Assembly (NCBI GenBank): GCA_001642005.1
Contig: LWCA01000046.1
Location: forward strand, 3,874 to 67,873
Source: Intoshia linei
Lineage: Eukaryota; Animalia; Orthonectida
Length of the DNA: 64,000 nucleotides
Reading direction: 5' to 3'
The position numbers were made by a program, and so were the translations under genes. Positions within the stretch are counted from its first letter, which is position 1. Each line of letters opens with the position of its first letter. The notes below the pieces were generated by a model that saw nothing but the letters and a program-made list of their open reading frames with translations, searched no databases and was not told the DNA's origin. Below, in pieces: positions 24,461-39,400 of the stretch.

Positions 24461-27400
24461 TCATTTCGTCTCATTGGAACACATTTGATATAATTTTGGA
24501 ATAACCACAAACACTATCGCCAAAAATAATATTGCACTAACAACTGATGCTATAATGATTATGATTCGTAAGTCTAAAATTAAAATTAAATTGCATGACG
24601 TAAATACTATTATATTAAATAAAATTATGTTTATGTGCCCAGTTTTCTCGGTTTAGACTTTATCTCATGTTTCTAACTCAGTCCAATTTACTGTGTTACT
24701 TACTTAAATATTCGGTTCCTCTAAATGTCACATCTCTGTTTATAAACAATAATATTCAATATTATAAATTACATGATTTATATTGATCACTCATGATGGA
24801 CACATCGATACTATCACAATAAATTCCAGTATATGGGGAAGTACAGATGCATTTCGGTGATTCAATTACTGTTTTATCACAAATTCCGCTATTTTTACAA
24901 TATTGAGTATCACACAAATCTAAAGAAAGATATATTTTCAATAAACCAAATAACAACGTTGACATCCAGAAATTTTTTTGGTCCAACCTGCTCGACATTT
25001 ACAAGTAAATCCAGTTTTTGTATCGACACAAATATTACCATCTTCAAAAGATCCACAATTGTGGTTTTTATTAGTGCATTGGTTAGCTAATAAAATGTGA
25101 TTAAATTAAAATATCCAAGATGTGTATGTGTATTAATTACAAAAACAATCCATTTTTGATATTGATCCTACATCAGCTGTTGTAAAGGTTTCCGGACAAG
25201 AAATACAAATTTCATTATGTACAGTATCGTTTGTTGAAAATGTACCGATAGGACACATTTCGCATACATTATCTCTGGTTATAAATTGGCCAGCCTTACA
25301 ATCAGCTAAATATTACAATTAGAAATAGATTCGATTTGAATTACAACAATTATAAAACAATTACCTATATTACAATTCTTGATAGATACAGAACTTAAAT
25401 CCAAAGTAGTATAATTTAATGGACAATTTTTACATTCTTTGTGAATTGTATGATTTCTATATGTTCCTTTTTTGCATGGTTGACATGTTAAAGCATCTAC
25501 AATCTGTTCATATCCAGATTCACAATAATCTAAAATAAAAATTTAAATAGTAATAAACGTTGACTAGTATAAAAAGTTAAGTTAGTTTATTATGTGTATA
25601 ATCATTGGTTGTGGTCATTTATAAGCGTTTGATAGATAAGAAACGAAAGATAAATTGTTATGAAATATGAGACAATTCTTTAACGAATTATCAATTTTTG
25701 TGAAATGTCAATAATAGAAGTGGGCGTGGTCAATAATGTCTACAAACCAAACAAAAATATGTTATTATTTTAACTACAATTTTTAACTAAAATAACAATA
25801 TTTAATCTGCAAAAGTTAAAATTCAATATATACTTACAAATACAATCTGATTTGACCGTCATTCCAGTTTTAATTGTAGTGTAATTTTTAGGACAGTCGA
25901 TGCAACTCGATTGTCCAATGTTTGGTTGATATGTTCCTCTTTCACATTCGATGCAATCACTCAATATTCTTTTAAAACCTTTATTGCAATTGACTAAATT
26001 AATATATATATATAAAATTAAAAATTAAAACTAAAATATAGCAGAATAAATAGGGAACTCATAAATAAATATTTACAAATGTACAGTCCAAATTTATAAT
26101 CTTAAATATACAATACATTTTACTTTCTACATTGTAATACTTGTTAATTGCAATTTATATTATAATATAAATAATTATATAAATTGTATAATTATACATG
26201 TAAATATATTACTTATGTCGCAGTCAAGTTCCAATGATGCTGTTGTTGTCGATGTGGTTAATCCATTTTTACATTTATTGCACTTCAGAGGATCATCAGT
26301 AATGGATCTATAATATCCGATACCACAATTTTTGCAAATGTCAAATTTTTTGTCGTAATATGTTCCTTGATTGCATAATTCTAGTAAAAAATTAATTGAA
26401 AAAACGTACAAAATTAAAATAAATGTAAAGTGGACATTATGTCAGTTTCGAACCTACTGTACTTTATGTCCCTCTTCGGGGAGTGGTTTGGACTGATGTA
26501 AATTTTTGTAAGATGGAAGACATATCTATGATTGCGAAAATTATTTTTGGCTTAAAATTTTTTCTAAATAAACTAAAATTTAATCGAACATGATTATATC
26601 GAGATATCACTGTAATACTAAATCTATATCTCCGATATTCAATATCTAAATCACTGCAATAACCATACTGTATATTATGTTTTTATTTATTGTTATAATA
26701 TATTTAATAAATAACCATAATTACATATGCATAGTTATTAGCCATTTTTATTAGTTTTATATTTCTAGGCCAAAATAAAATTTTGTCACTGTGATTTCAA
26801 ATTTAATTTAAATTTAAATTTACTGTATTTAAAATTCAGATCCAACAAAGTTCCGGTTTATTTTATTTTTTTAACTTAAAATTTGATTTTTTCTTGAACT
26901 TATAATTAATATCAAACATTTATATTGTAAAAGAAGTATTTTATTTTTTGTACAAGATATTAATCTATAAATACACACCTACTATATTGCAATACCTTAC
27001 TTTAATGGCTATTGAACGATTTCATTAAATATCGAAAAGCGACATAAAACAATAAAAATTAAAACATACCTATTGTGCAATCATCGATCATAGTAGACGC
27101 AATAAATTCAGTTATTTTATTGTTTGGGCATTTGATGCAATTGGAGGTATCACTGAGATATTTATAATAGCCAATTTTACAAGGAATACATTTCGCGTCC
27201 ATATATTCATGACCAGAGAAACAATTGCGTATGCTACAGTTTTCTAGAGACGTGGATCCAGTTTTCTCTGTCAAAAGTTGATCGGGACATTCAAGACATT
27301 TAGATAATGTTTCATCTTTGTAAAACCCAATCTTACAAGGTACGCAAACATTTTCAACATCTTCGAAACCATTCAAACACAAATGTATATTGCAATATTT

Positions 27401-30400
27401 TGATTGAACTGTTCCAGTGTACTGAGTAGTATAATTAGTTGGACAAGGTAAACATGTTGAATTTGGTAATTCATTATTTTTGAATGTACCAATAGGACAT
27501 GAAACGCATTTTTCATTTTCTACTTGATATCCCAAAGGACAAATCTTAATATTACATTCATCTTTACTAATAGATGCTATATTATTAGTTGTCGTAAACG
27601 AGGGACATTTGACACAGTATGTATTAGGCAAATTTGATTCTTTATAATATCCCATCTCACAGAAAACACATAAACCGTTAATTTCTTGATAACCAGCTTC
27701 GCACATAAACACATTGCATTGACCTATTTTTTTAGAACCTGTAGTTGGTGTAAGGAAGCTTGACGGACAAATTTGACACGTTCTTGAAGGAATTTTATTA
27801 TTTTTGTAATAACCAATTTTACAGGGAGAGCACATATTATTAGTTTCTTCATACCCCTCATCGCATACGAGTAATTTACAGTCTTTTATAGACGTAGACC
27901 CCGTACCAAGTGTTATAAATGTGGATGTACATCGGGTACAGCCTTCCAAATAATTTTCATTATCCTTGTAATAACCGATTTTACAGGGAAAGCACGTGCT
28001 GTTATACCCTTCAAATCCTACGGGACATTTATGAATAATACAATCTGTAATAGATGTACTTGCTACCGAAACTGTTACAAATGTTGCTGGACAGATTGTG
28101 CAGATTTCACCAGGATTATTATTATCTTTATATTCTCCTACTTTACAAGGTTGACATTTATTATTTACACTTTCATAACCAGCTTCACAAATTTGAACTG
28201 TACAGTCTAAATTGGAAGTAGATGCTGTATATTTTGTAACAAATGTGGTTTTGCATTTAATACATTTCTTTAGTGATAATTCATCTGACTTGTAAAATCC
28301 AATTTTACATGGAACACAATTACCGCTAATTTCTTCGAATCCCTTAAAACAAAGTTTTTCGCTACATTCATATTCAAATTTTGATCCCAAATGCAATGTT
28401 GTAAAAGTAGCCATGCATTGTTTACACTTCGTAAAAGGAGATGTATCCATCTTAAAATAACCCAATTGACAAGCTTTACAAACGTTATTTAAATTTTCGA
28501 AACCTACCGGACAAACTACGACATTGCAGTCATTAGCTGATTTAGCTCCTTTTATAACAGTTAAATATCCTTTTGGGCATTTTTTACAATTCTTGTAGGG
28601 TTTGACAGTATCGCTATAAAATCCAATATCACAAATTTCACAATTTCTATTAATTACTTCCCGACCTAAAGGACAAACGAGAACATTACAATCTAAAATG
28701 GCTGTAGAACCAACATTGCGAGTAATCGTTGTGGATGGGCATGCGGTACATTCTATGTTTTCATCAACAATTTTGTAAAATCCATGTTTACATGGGTGAC
28801 ATTCATAATTGATGGGTTCATATCCTTTTGAACAAATGTGAACATTGCAATCGTCTATGAGAATTGTTCCGGTGCTTTTAGTTGTATGACGCAATGGACA
28901 AGGCTTACACCCTCGTGGTGAGTTTTCTTCTTTGTAAAAACCAATTTTACAAGGGACACATACTTCCTTGAAGGCTTCAAAACCTTTTTGACACACTAGA
29001 ACAGTACAATCCGTTTCTTTTTTAGACCCAATAAATATAGTGGAATAAAATGACGGACAACTAATACACTGACTTTTGGGTATGTCATTATTTTTATAAT
29101 AACCTAATGGACATGGTTCACACTTTCTATCGACTTCTTGTTGTCCGATTGGACATTGCAAAATGGAACAGTCTTCAATTGATATTGAACCTGTATTCAG
29201 TGTCAGAAAATTGGTTGGACATGGACTACATTGAGCGTTAGATGTATCTGTTGGGTTGTAATGAGCAATGGCACACATCTTACAAGTATTTTCAATTTTT
29301 TCATAACCCTTTTTACACATGAGCACATTGCAATCATCTTTAGAAATGGAACTAGTCGATTGTGTAATATAACCATCTGGACAAAGTATACAAACACTGT
29401 TAACATCATCTTTAGACTTATAGTAACCAACATCACATGGAATGCATTTATTGAATTTGGATTCACTTCCAATGGGACATTTTAAAATGTTACAGTCTAA
29501 TTTTAGCTTAGTTCCCGTTGTGGCGGTAATATATGGGACCGGACATGCGGTGCATTTGCCCTTAGGAGTAGAATCGGGTTTATAGGTTCCAATAGGACAA
29601 AATATACAAGATTCCACGTTTAAATCGTTTTGATACTGTCCAGAATCGCAATAAAACAAACAATCTTTCACTTCAGTAGATGCGTCATTAATGGTTGATC
29701 TTTGGGAAGAGCATTTTTTGCACACATTTTGCCATTTGATGTCTTGATATTCGCCAATTGGACACTTTTTGCAAATATTGCTAGTTTTATCTCCATAATA
29801 ACCAATTTCACACGCAGCTACAGTACACTGGGAAGAAGTTTTTGATGCAGTCATAGTAGTAATATACCCGGGAGGACACATAACGCAGTTAAATTCTTTA
29901 CCTTTGGTCCTATACTTTCCAATTGGACAATCTTTACACCCATTCAAAGTATCTTCCTGGCCATCAGGACATACAATAAAACAATCGCTTATAGAGTTAG
30001 ATCCAGTGAATTGAGTTGTTTTATCAGCATCACAAAGTTTACAAAGTAGTTGACCACTCTGGTCTTGGTATTTACCAATTTCGCATTCTTCACACGTAGG
30101 AAAATTCAACTTTAGTGTATGATACGTACCGATCTTGCACTTTTCCACACACTTTGTCTCAAATTCCGATCCAATTCTCAAAGTAGTCGTGTTTGTTGGA
30201 CAAGATTTACAGTCTGATTGTTTAGTCAAGTCTTGAAAAGTACCGATAGGACAAGATAAACATTTCTTATTTTTATAGAATGTACCTGCCGGACATTCCA
30301 CACAGTAACTTCCTATTGAAGCCATTCCCATGAGGCATAATGTAGTCGATTTTAATATAATATCTGTTGGTATCCCATTGACTATTAATTTACTTATATC

Positions 30401-33400
30401 TCCAACATTATCATCAACCAGATAGCTTTTTATCAAATTTATTATATTTTCATTATAAGCACCTTGGTATACCGTTTCAGTTAATCTATTCAATACGAGT
30501 TGGATCAAAGCAGAATCAGCTTGTTCAATTTGCCGTTTTTTACGTTTTAATTTTGGAACTGCAACATTCAATAAACTATCCAAATAAGATTTAGTAAAAC
30601 AAGACATAGTATATTCAAAATTGCTTTTTTCATTGCAGCAATCTCCATCCTCACACAATCCATTTTTACTTCCGAGCTGTTGTCCCCATTGAGAACTGAG
30701 TATGTTAAATTTTTCACAGAAATGAATCTTTATTTTTGATATATGTTTTAAATTATTACATGCTGCAATTTTGTCATATCTAATTTGAATCTTTGCAGAA
30801 ATTGAGGGTATCTTTATAACTAAATATTTTAATTTCAATTTACTATTTATTACTTAATCCATAAAAAATAAATATAAAAACCTTGACATTTTGGATATTC
30901 AAAATTGGATTTGGACAATTGTTGATTAAATGATCCTAATGGACCACACGTATATAAATTTGGATGTGGTTCCACAAATATTCCATTATTTGGACATTTC
31001 GGTTTACATTGTCTGAATGGATATAACTCATCGGAACAGGTTTGGAATCCCGATTTATCAAATATGCTGAATGAAGGTTTGACGCACGATTGCTCTAAAA
31101 TTATAATTTTTTAAAAAATTTTTTTGTAATTCTTTTACCCTGAATATTGTAATGAAATTGGCATGTGGCGACATTTTTAGCAGAATCATATGAAACATAG
31201 ACGATATGATATTGCCCAATATTCATATATGCACCGAGTGGATAATTTGACGTCATAGTACTTGAACCGCCTTCAACGATCGGTAATTTCCAATTGCTAA
31301 TTATTCGTCTATTATCAATAGTTAAATAACTGTTTGGAGGACAAAATGTGAATACAGGTGGAATTTTGTCTAATTATAAAAATAAAAAATTAAAATTATC
31401 AAACTCAAAATTAACGTTAAAATACCTGGTATCAGAATTTTACAGTCTACTCCTTGAAATCCCTTCGGACAGGTGATTGTAATTGTTTTTTTATTGGCAT
31501 TGCTAGGTCTAATTACAGAAACACCGCTAATAATAGCATAACGACCCCAATTTAAAAGTAGGTTGCTAGTAATTTTGAATATCGGACCGACAGATAGATT
31601 ATCAATATCTGCGTGTGATAACTGCACAGACCAAACATTTACCTGGCTTATGCTACCAATTATCTTTGTATTTTTCACATAATTTTTCAATTTTGTGTCA
31701 TATGAAGCTCCTAATACCATAAAGCCGCTAAATACATATATTAATTAAAAATAATACAGAGTACATTAGGTGTTTAACGGTATTAAACTAAACGGGGAAA
31801 GCCTGATTAGTGTAAAAAATATTTAAGTACAAACCACCAAAGGGTCCAGGGATCTCAATCGGGAAAAACTACTCTAATATGTAAAGACTAATTAGTGCGA
31901 CCATACATATATTAAATATTATATAATATATTATAATATTACTATTTAAATAATCTAGCATCTCCCGCAAAATTTGGATATTTAAACATTATTGTAGATC
32001 CAACGCATATATTTAAACTTCCTCCATTTTGATTTGTCCAACCAACAGTTAAATAATACCATGTATCCACAGAAAAAGTGTTTGATTCTGTAGTAAAACT
32101 TTTTTCGTTTTTATTTATAGATAAGGTTATCTTTTCTGATGTAATTTGTAGTGTTCTATACACATCATCGTTCCGGTACATAGATCTAAATTTTATATTT
32201 ATATTTCAGACATAGATACTATTGACATACAAGTAGAAAAATGCAATATAAATATATATAATGATATACATTGATAATTGATATGATCATTATAATGATT
32301 GTTTATCATTGAAGGGCCAAAAAGAGTTTCCAAGTTAAACGATGCCAAGTCTCTTATAATTTTAAAGATTGGCCGCTATTATCTAATAACATTTTTAAAT
32401 AAAAATTTTGTAAAAATTGAAAGATAATCCCGTTAAGAGTCAAACTTAACTATCCATTTATTTCAGGGGTCGGCAACCTTTTGCAAATAGTGGGTCACAT
32501 TTTTATATGAAATTATTCTAATCTATCCCCGTTTTTAAAAATTGAAAATACACATGATAGATTTCAATTTTAGTTGAAGAGTAGCGGTTCCAGTATATTA
32601 AACAAAATAAAGTCCAGGTTGATTTAAAAATTCAGTATTAAAATGATTATAATGATCTAATTACAGTAGAAATTGATTAAAACGATGTTTATAAGTTGAA
32701 AAATAAATAATTTACATATTTACTCAAAGGCCCACCAAAATTATTATGTGGTCCACTGGTTGCCGATGCAATCCATTTAATTAAATTTATCCTATAATAT
32801 AAATCTACATTTAACCCTGTAAACGACGACAGGAAAAAATTGCGTCATAATTCGTGTTTTAAACTTCGACAACAGTTTTTAAAATAAATGGTTACTGAGA
32901 CAGACTCTATCGTAATTGTAATTAATATTATACTACATAAATTCATACTTGATTGAGTACAATTCTAGAAGAACTCCTTTTAATTTAGACAGTTTAAACC
33001 AAAATCCGACTGTAAGACTTGAACTGTCTAAAACAAAATAATCTTGAGATTTAACTCCATCATGTCGTTCGTTCGTTTCAAATTGTAGATCAAAATCAGA
33101 ATTTGTGACTAAATAAAGTAAACTTACTACTATAATTATAATAATTATTATTGTTATTGTTTTATACATTTGTGTAATACACAATGTGTATACGAGATGA
33201 AAGTCTCACGGCAGCGTAAAACTTCCTGATTTTTCCGATAACTTTCTTTTGATTCATAAGTAAATTTTATTATTATGTAAGAGTTGAATTGTTATCCCCT
33301 TGAAGTTTTTAAGCCAAAATAAAAACATTTTTTCTGAAAATAAATGTTCAATAATATTTATTTTTTTCTCGCGGAACTACATTTGGAAACCTTGCTTTTA

Positions 33401-36400
33401 ACATGAAATTTTGATTGTAAGATTATTTCATTATTTTAAAGTACAGTATCCTGTATCTAATTTGACACTGGTTTGGATCAGTAATAGCCCCTATATAATG
33501 AGATTTATACATAATATGGGATTCTGGTGACAAAAATATCGTAATATAAAATGGCAATATTGACTACATATATTGTATATGTAGATTAAGAAAAATTTCA
33601 TAAGTTGATATAATATATCAAATATACCGATTTTGCAATCATTTCCTTCAAACCCAGGAGGACAGAGTGTAAAATATTGATGAATACCATCTATGCATAA
33701 TAATGGGGGTTGTACAGTTATATCTTTACAATCGTCTTTACTAGTTTGGCACAAATCTCCTTCGTAGTCTAAATAATTATGAATTACTACTACATTATAT
33801 CACTATATATGTATATCTTTAAATAATGTTTATGTAATTGTACAATGTGCATTAGGGTGTCACATTTTGAGAAAAATATACAATTTTCTTAATGCTAATA
33901 ATAATATTAATTTTATTAATTAATAAATAATAATGATTTTAATTATTTGATACAAATATAGCATACAAAATAATACATTTAATTTTATTTGGGTAAATAT
34001 TTTATTTAAACCATCATAAAGAATAGTTCCATAAAATCGACATTTGTGTGGAGCCAAAGTTCACATGGACTAATTTGAGGGAAGCTGATCAAAACATACA
34101 CTTAAAAGTGGGGAATTATACATTAAACTAATCATAATGATGAATAATATTTAGATACCTAAGACACATTGACATATATATTTAGATCCTGTTTGTACAA
34201 GTAAACCATTTTGACATATAATTTGTTGGCAGTTTGCGTCATTATAATCGCAAACGGTTCCAGTACTTTCTAAATAATAGATTAATTACAGAAAATGTAA
34301 ACAAAAAACAGAACATTAAAGAACATGTAAAATTAATAAATTTCTAAGTAAATAATAATTATAATTATTTAATTTTGAAAATTGGTAATAAATCTATCAA
34401 AAATCAATGTAATTGATATACTACTTATGTATTTTATAGTATATACAGATTTTATTATTAAATTCAAAAAAAATGTGCATTGAACGTCTACAATGTAGTT
34501 AAATTTAGTTAAATGTGTAGACTCTACACATTTCCAATAAAGAAATATGGGTGAAAATCTATATGTATTATAATAATGTAATATTTGATAAACCTGAACA
34601 CTGGCAAGTGTATTTAACCGTATTTTTGATACATTGATCCGATTTCTCTATACACCACATTGAGTCACAATAAGATACTTTATTTTCACATAATGAACCG
34701 TAAAAGTCATTTGTACAACTAAAAACATACAATGAAAAATGTAATAAAAAAATTTAATCTAATTTAAAACTTAACAAAAATTTAATCTGAGGTTACCAAT
34801 AATAAAATTCTTACAAAAATGTTAGTGATACAGATGACGATTGGCTCAACCAAAGTATTGATAAACATTTTAAATTTGTTGGTTAAAAAAGTTGTAAAGA
34901 AATATTAGGTCCAAAAATACATGGCGAATGATATGTAATACATAACTGATAATATCACAATTGAAAATAATGTGAGTGGGTGTAGCTTTTATAATTTGAA
35001 TTTGACTTACACTCCTACTGCTTATATTGCATTCCCTAATATGCACACAAACTATAATTTAGAGTCCATCATTAACAGTTTTAGCCTTAGTCCCTACATA
35101 AAAACATTAATTTTACCTACAAAAAATATCATTAAACAATGAATGACATATTCCTTTATTTTGACAATTTTTATTGTCACAAATATTGATGGATTCATCG
35201 CAATTTTTTCCGGACCATCCAGCTTGACATACACATGAATACGAATTCAATGAATTTTGACAAACTCCTGCGTTTTTACATGGTTTCGTCATGCAATTGT
35301 CGTAAAGAGTCTATAATAAATATATATTCTAATACATAAAATTCAATATAATAAGAATCGTTATATAGTCGTGGAACAAAAAAAGTGAAAGTATGAAATA
35401 ACGTATAAGGAACTTTTTAATTGATATAACAGAAAGCATTTAATGAAGCTGCTCAGAAGTTTAAGTATATGCCAGATCCTTACTTATATAATGTGCTTTT
35501 GCAATATTTGTTTGTCTGTGTGTATGTTACCGTTTATTTCAATAACTACCATTCTTAGAATTTTATAAAATCCACACTTCAATTACAGTTTTTCTGGGGT
35601 GTTAGCAAAATAAATTTCAACCTCCCAAACTTACATCTTATGGGTCAAAAAGCCCAATTGCCTTTTTTTTAAATCAAACGAGTTCGAAAATTTAAAAAAA
35701 TATATACTCTAATACGGATTTTAAAATCATAAATATTATCATAAATTTAAATTTAAAAAAATATATATATCCTCAGATCCAAAACCACAAATTACCCTAT
35801 TATTTTTAATGAAAACAGCTATAAAATTTAAACAAATTTAGAGGTGGTACAGTTGTATCCTGTTAACACACACACAAAAATTTCAATCTGAATAACTGAT
35901 GTCTATATACATGATATGTATGATAATATGATAATATTATAATGAAATCATTAATTAAACTTTTCAAACACTTCTTTCATTTTTTATGTTCATTCCCAAA
36001 TGTTTTCCCTAATTTATAAATGAACTGTTAACAGTTAACTTAACTCAATGTTGAAAATTGTCTGTAACATATACATGTAATAAGTAAAAATTTTAGCAAC
36101 TTCGTGATGTGTCATCTGTTTTATCAATTATAACCGTAATTAAATAAATTTTTAAACTTTCACTTTTTTTGTGTACAATGTACATTTTAATGTAAACCAT
36201 TCAGTTTCTTAGTAACAGTTCAATTCATCGTTTAATTGTGGCATTAATAAGGGTATTTATCCTTTTTAACGGATTTACACATAATATAATTGTAATAGTT
36301 TCACGGGCAGCAAATTATCATTTATTTATACAAAATTGAATGTATTCATGTGTGTAACGGTTTGTTTAAAAATTAAGAGTCATAGAAGTTAAGCAACCAA

Positions 36401-39400
36401 ATTTTTAATATAATTTTTCTAGAGTGATGTTTTATCGTAAATTTCATTTTCAGAAATAAATATGTGGACCAGCATTTGGGAAATGCTACGTTAAAGTTAA
36501 AGTTAAAGTTAAAGTTAGGTGACCCGCAGTTTAAGTTTGAGTTTGAGAGTTTGACAAAGGCTGATTCAAATAATAATAATTTTATATTATTAACATTAGC
36601 TTGTCCACTAATTTCATGAAATAATTAAAATCGACAAAAATCGTATAAAAACTAAAAAACGTGGACGCATATGCATAAAGATTAAGAACCTGGCATAAAT
36701 TTCCATAATAACCACGTTTGCAAGTGCATTGAAACAACGACTGAACTTCGATATCATTACATCCTTCATTCGGAAGAGAAATGTTTGTACCAATGCCATC
36801 ACACTTTTTTGTTAAACAACCGCCAACATAGGTTTCACAATTTTTGCCAGAATAATCTGACCCACAATCACAATTGTACGCATTTATACCGTCAAAACAA
36901 ATTTTTTCGTTTAAACATGGATTTGGAACGCAATCGTCAATATTTACTTGACAATTTTTTCCTTTGAAGCCAGTCACACAACTACAATCATGTGTGTACA
37001 TTGATTCATTGCAAACACCCCCATTTTGACATGGGGTTGTACTACAATATGTTTTAATGGCACATTTTCCACTATTCACATAAATTTCGTAATTCCACAT
37101 TTTTAAAGACAACGGAGCGGAAAGATGATTACTGGGACAAATACAATAACCATTGTTGGTAGGATAGTGTGATAAACACATTTCTGTTTTTAAATCACAT
37201 TTACCTGTACAATAATCTGGCAAAACTGTACAATATGGTCCACTATATAAATCCAAGCAAGTGCATTTGAATCCATTTGTATCAGAAATGCAAGTACCTT
37301 TTGGTCCACACGGTTTTATAGCACAATAATCTATTTTATTTATGCAAAATTCTCCATTATAACCCTTGACGCAGTTACACATACTACGAACACCAAATGA
37401 AACACATTTCCCACCATTTTGGCAAATTATTCCTTTGGAAGTGCAATAATCGTCAATCACAGAACAATCTTTGGATGAAAATGTTGGTAAGCAGAAGCAT
37501 TCAAAATCTGATCCAATATCATGGCAAACTCCTCCATTTTTGCAGGGCATGTTAGCGCAGTAATTTATCGCTTTTGTTTCACAGTTATCGCCAGTATAAT
37601 CCTTTAAACATGTACACTTTGCGATGGCTGGATTAACCTGTGTGTTGGAACTACAAATTCCACCATTAAAGCAGTTTTTTATGATACAAACTTCATCATC
37701 TTTAATACAATCAGGTTTTAGTTTACCGCTTGGGCATGTATTGCATACTGAGATGTGATTAATGATTGTACAATCGTTTACGCAAGCAGAAGGACAAACT
37801 CCTGTGGCATTGTTATCCAAGCATTGAATTGAGTTAATAGATCCAGATTGATTCGTCAATTGATTCAATTGACAAGGGATGCAAACGGTTTGACCAATTT
37901 TATCCTGATAAAAATTTTTGGGACATTTCGCACATGCACCATATCCTGTTTTTGAATTATATCCTTTTGCACAAACTGATATGCAAATATTATGTATTTT
38001 CTCGACTACTTTTTGACCAACTGGACATGCCACACACTTTTTTTGGATATTATCATATTTCTCACTATCAGCGCAAAATACGCAATCTTTGTATTGTTTT
38101 ATTGGGTCTTTCGGAATCATATTAACAATATGGCAGCTACCTAGATTATAATATATATTTATATTCACATTACACCAAACTTAAAACAATAAAAATTCTT
38201 ACTTATGCATTCAGACACGGTCCAAGTGTAAGGGCCGACAGTTGTTAAACCATCTGCACATTTTGAGCATGTATCAGCACCAGTAGATGAATGATATCCA
38301 ATGCTGCAACTATCGCATTTGTTTGAATTGAATACGGTTCCACTGGGACATTTTGCTAGATAAATTTTAATGTAAAATATATGGAATTATCCTTACTGCA
38401 TTTCCCATTTAGTAAAATTTGTTTATCGAGACATTTTTCTATAATGTTATTAGTTATTGAAGTGTATGTCAATGTAGGACAATCAAGAACAATACTTGTA
38501 GTAATTTTCGAAAATTTAACGAAATTTGCCACAAAAAAAGTGTAAACCAAATCGGTTTTAAAGTTGAATTGAGTAATGTAAGCGTACTAAAATAATTAAA
38601 ATTATTCATTAAAATTGTAAAATCAGCACTTGATAATGGGAGTAGTACTTAATTTTTGCTTCTAAAATTATAACCAATAATATTACCTCCGTCGATGACA
38701 CCTTTTCTAGTTTTTGTGTAATTATCGATATTACACAATCCGTTTTAACGTTGTATTCTGTATCACAGTAATTTTTAAACCCTATAAGATCAACAGCATT
38801 TAAAGCTTTGATATTATTTCCGTGACCAGTAATACAAACTGGTGTTAAATCACTCAAAACTGAAAATTTGTATTTAATAGTGTATTCTTTTATTGCATCA
38901 ATATTAGCTAAATTTCACATTATATTACATTGTATAAGACTATTATAGTATTATAGCCAAGACTGTAGAGATCCAAAAGGTAGGCCCTATATAAAAATTA
39001 AAAATAACATTGGTTCTTATATCCATTGTTTAAAATAGCGTTAATCAAAAATTTCATCAGCGTATCTTACTGGAAGTAAAAAAATTCAAACCACCATACG
39101 AAAATATTTTCTAACATTACTTCTTAATTTAGATTAGTATGTCCGTAATATTGTCCCTAGCCCTTTCATCACAATCCTGATTATAGTATAAGAAGTATTA
39201 TCTTCTACTTAAATAAAATTGAATGTCTGTGTATTTCTGTGTGTTACAGTTTACTTAAAAAATTAACAGTCCTAGTATTTAACTAAAAACCTGATTTATA
39301 ATAAATTTTTTTAAGAGTGGTGAAGTATAGCAAATTTTATTTCCCGAAATTAAGTTCTTCAGGGTCAAAACCCAATGCCTCTTTTAAACAAAATAAAATT

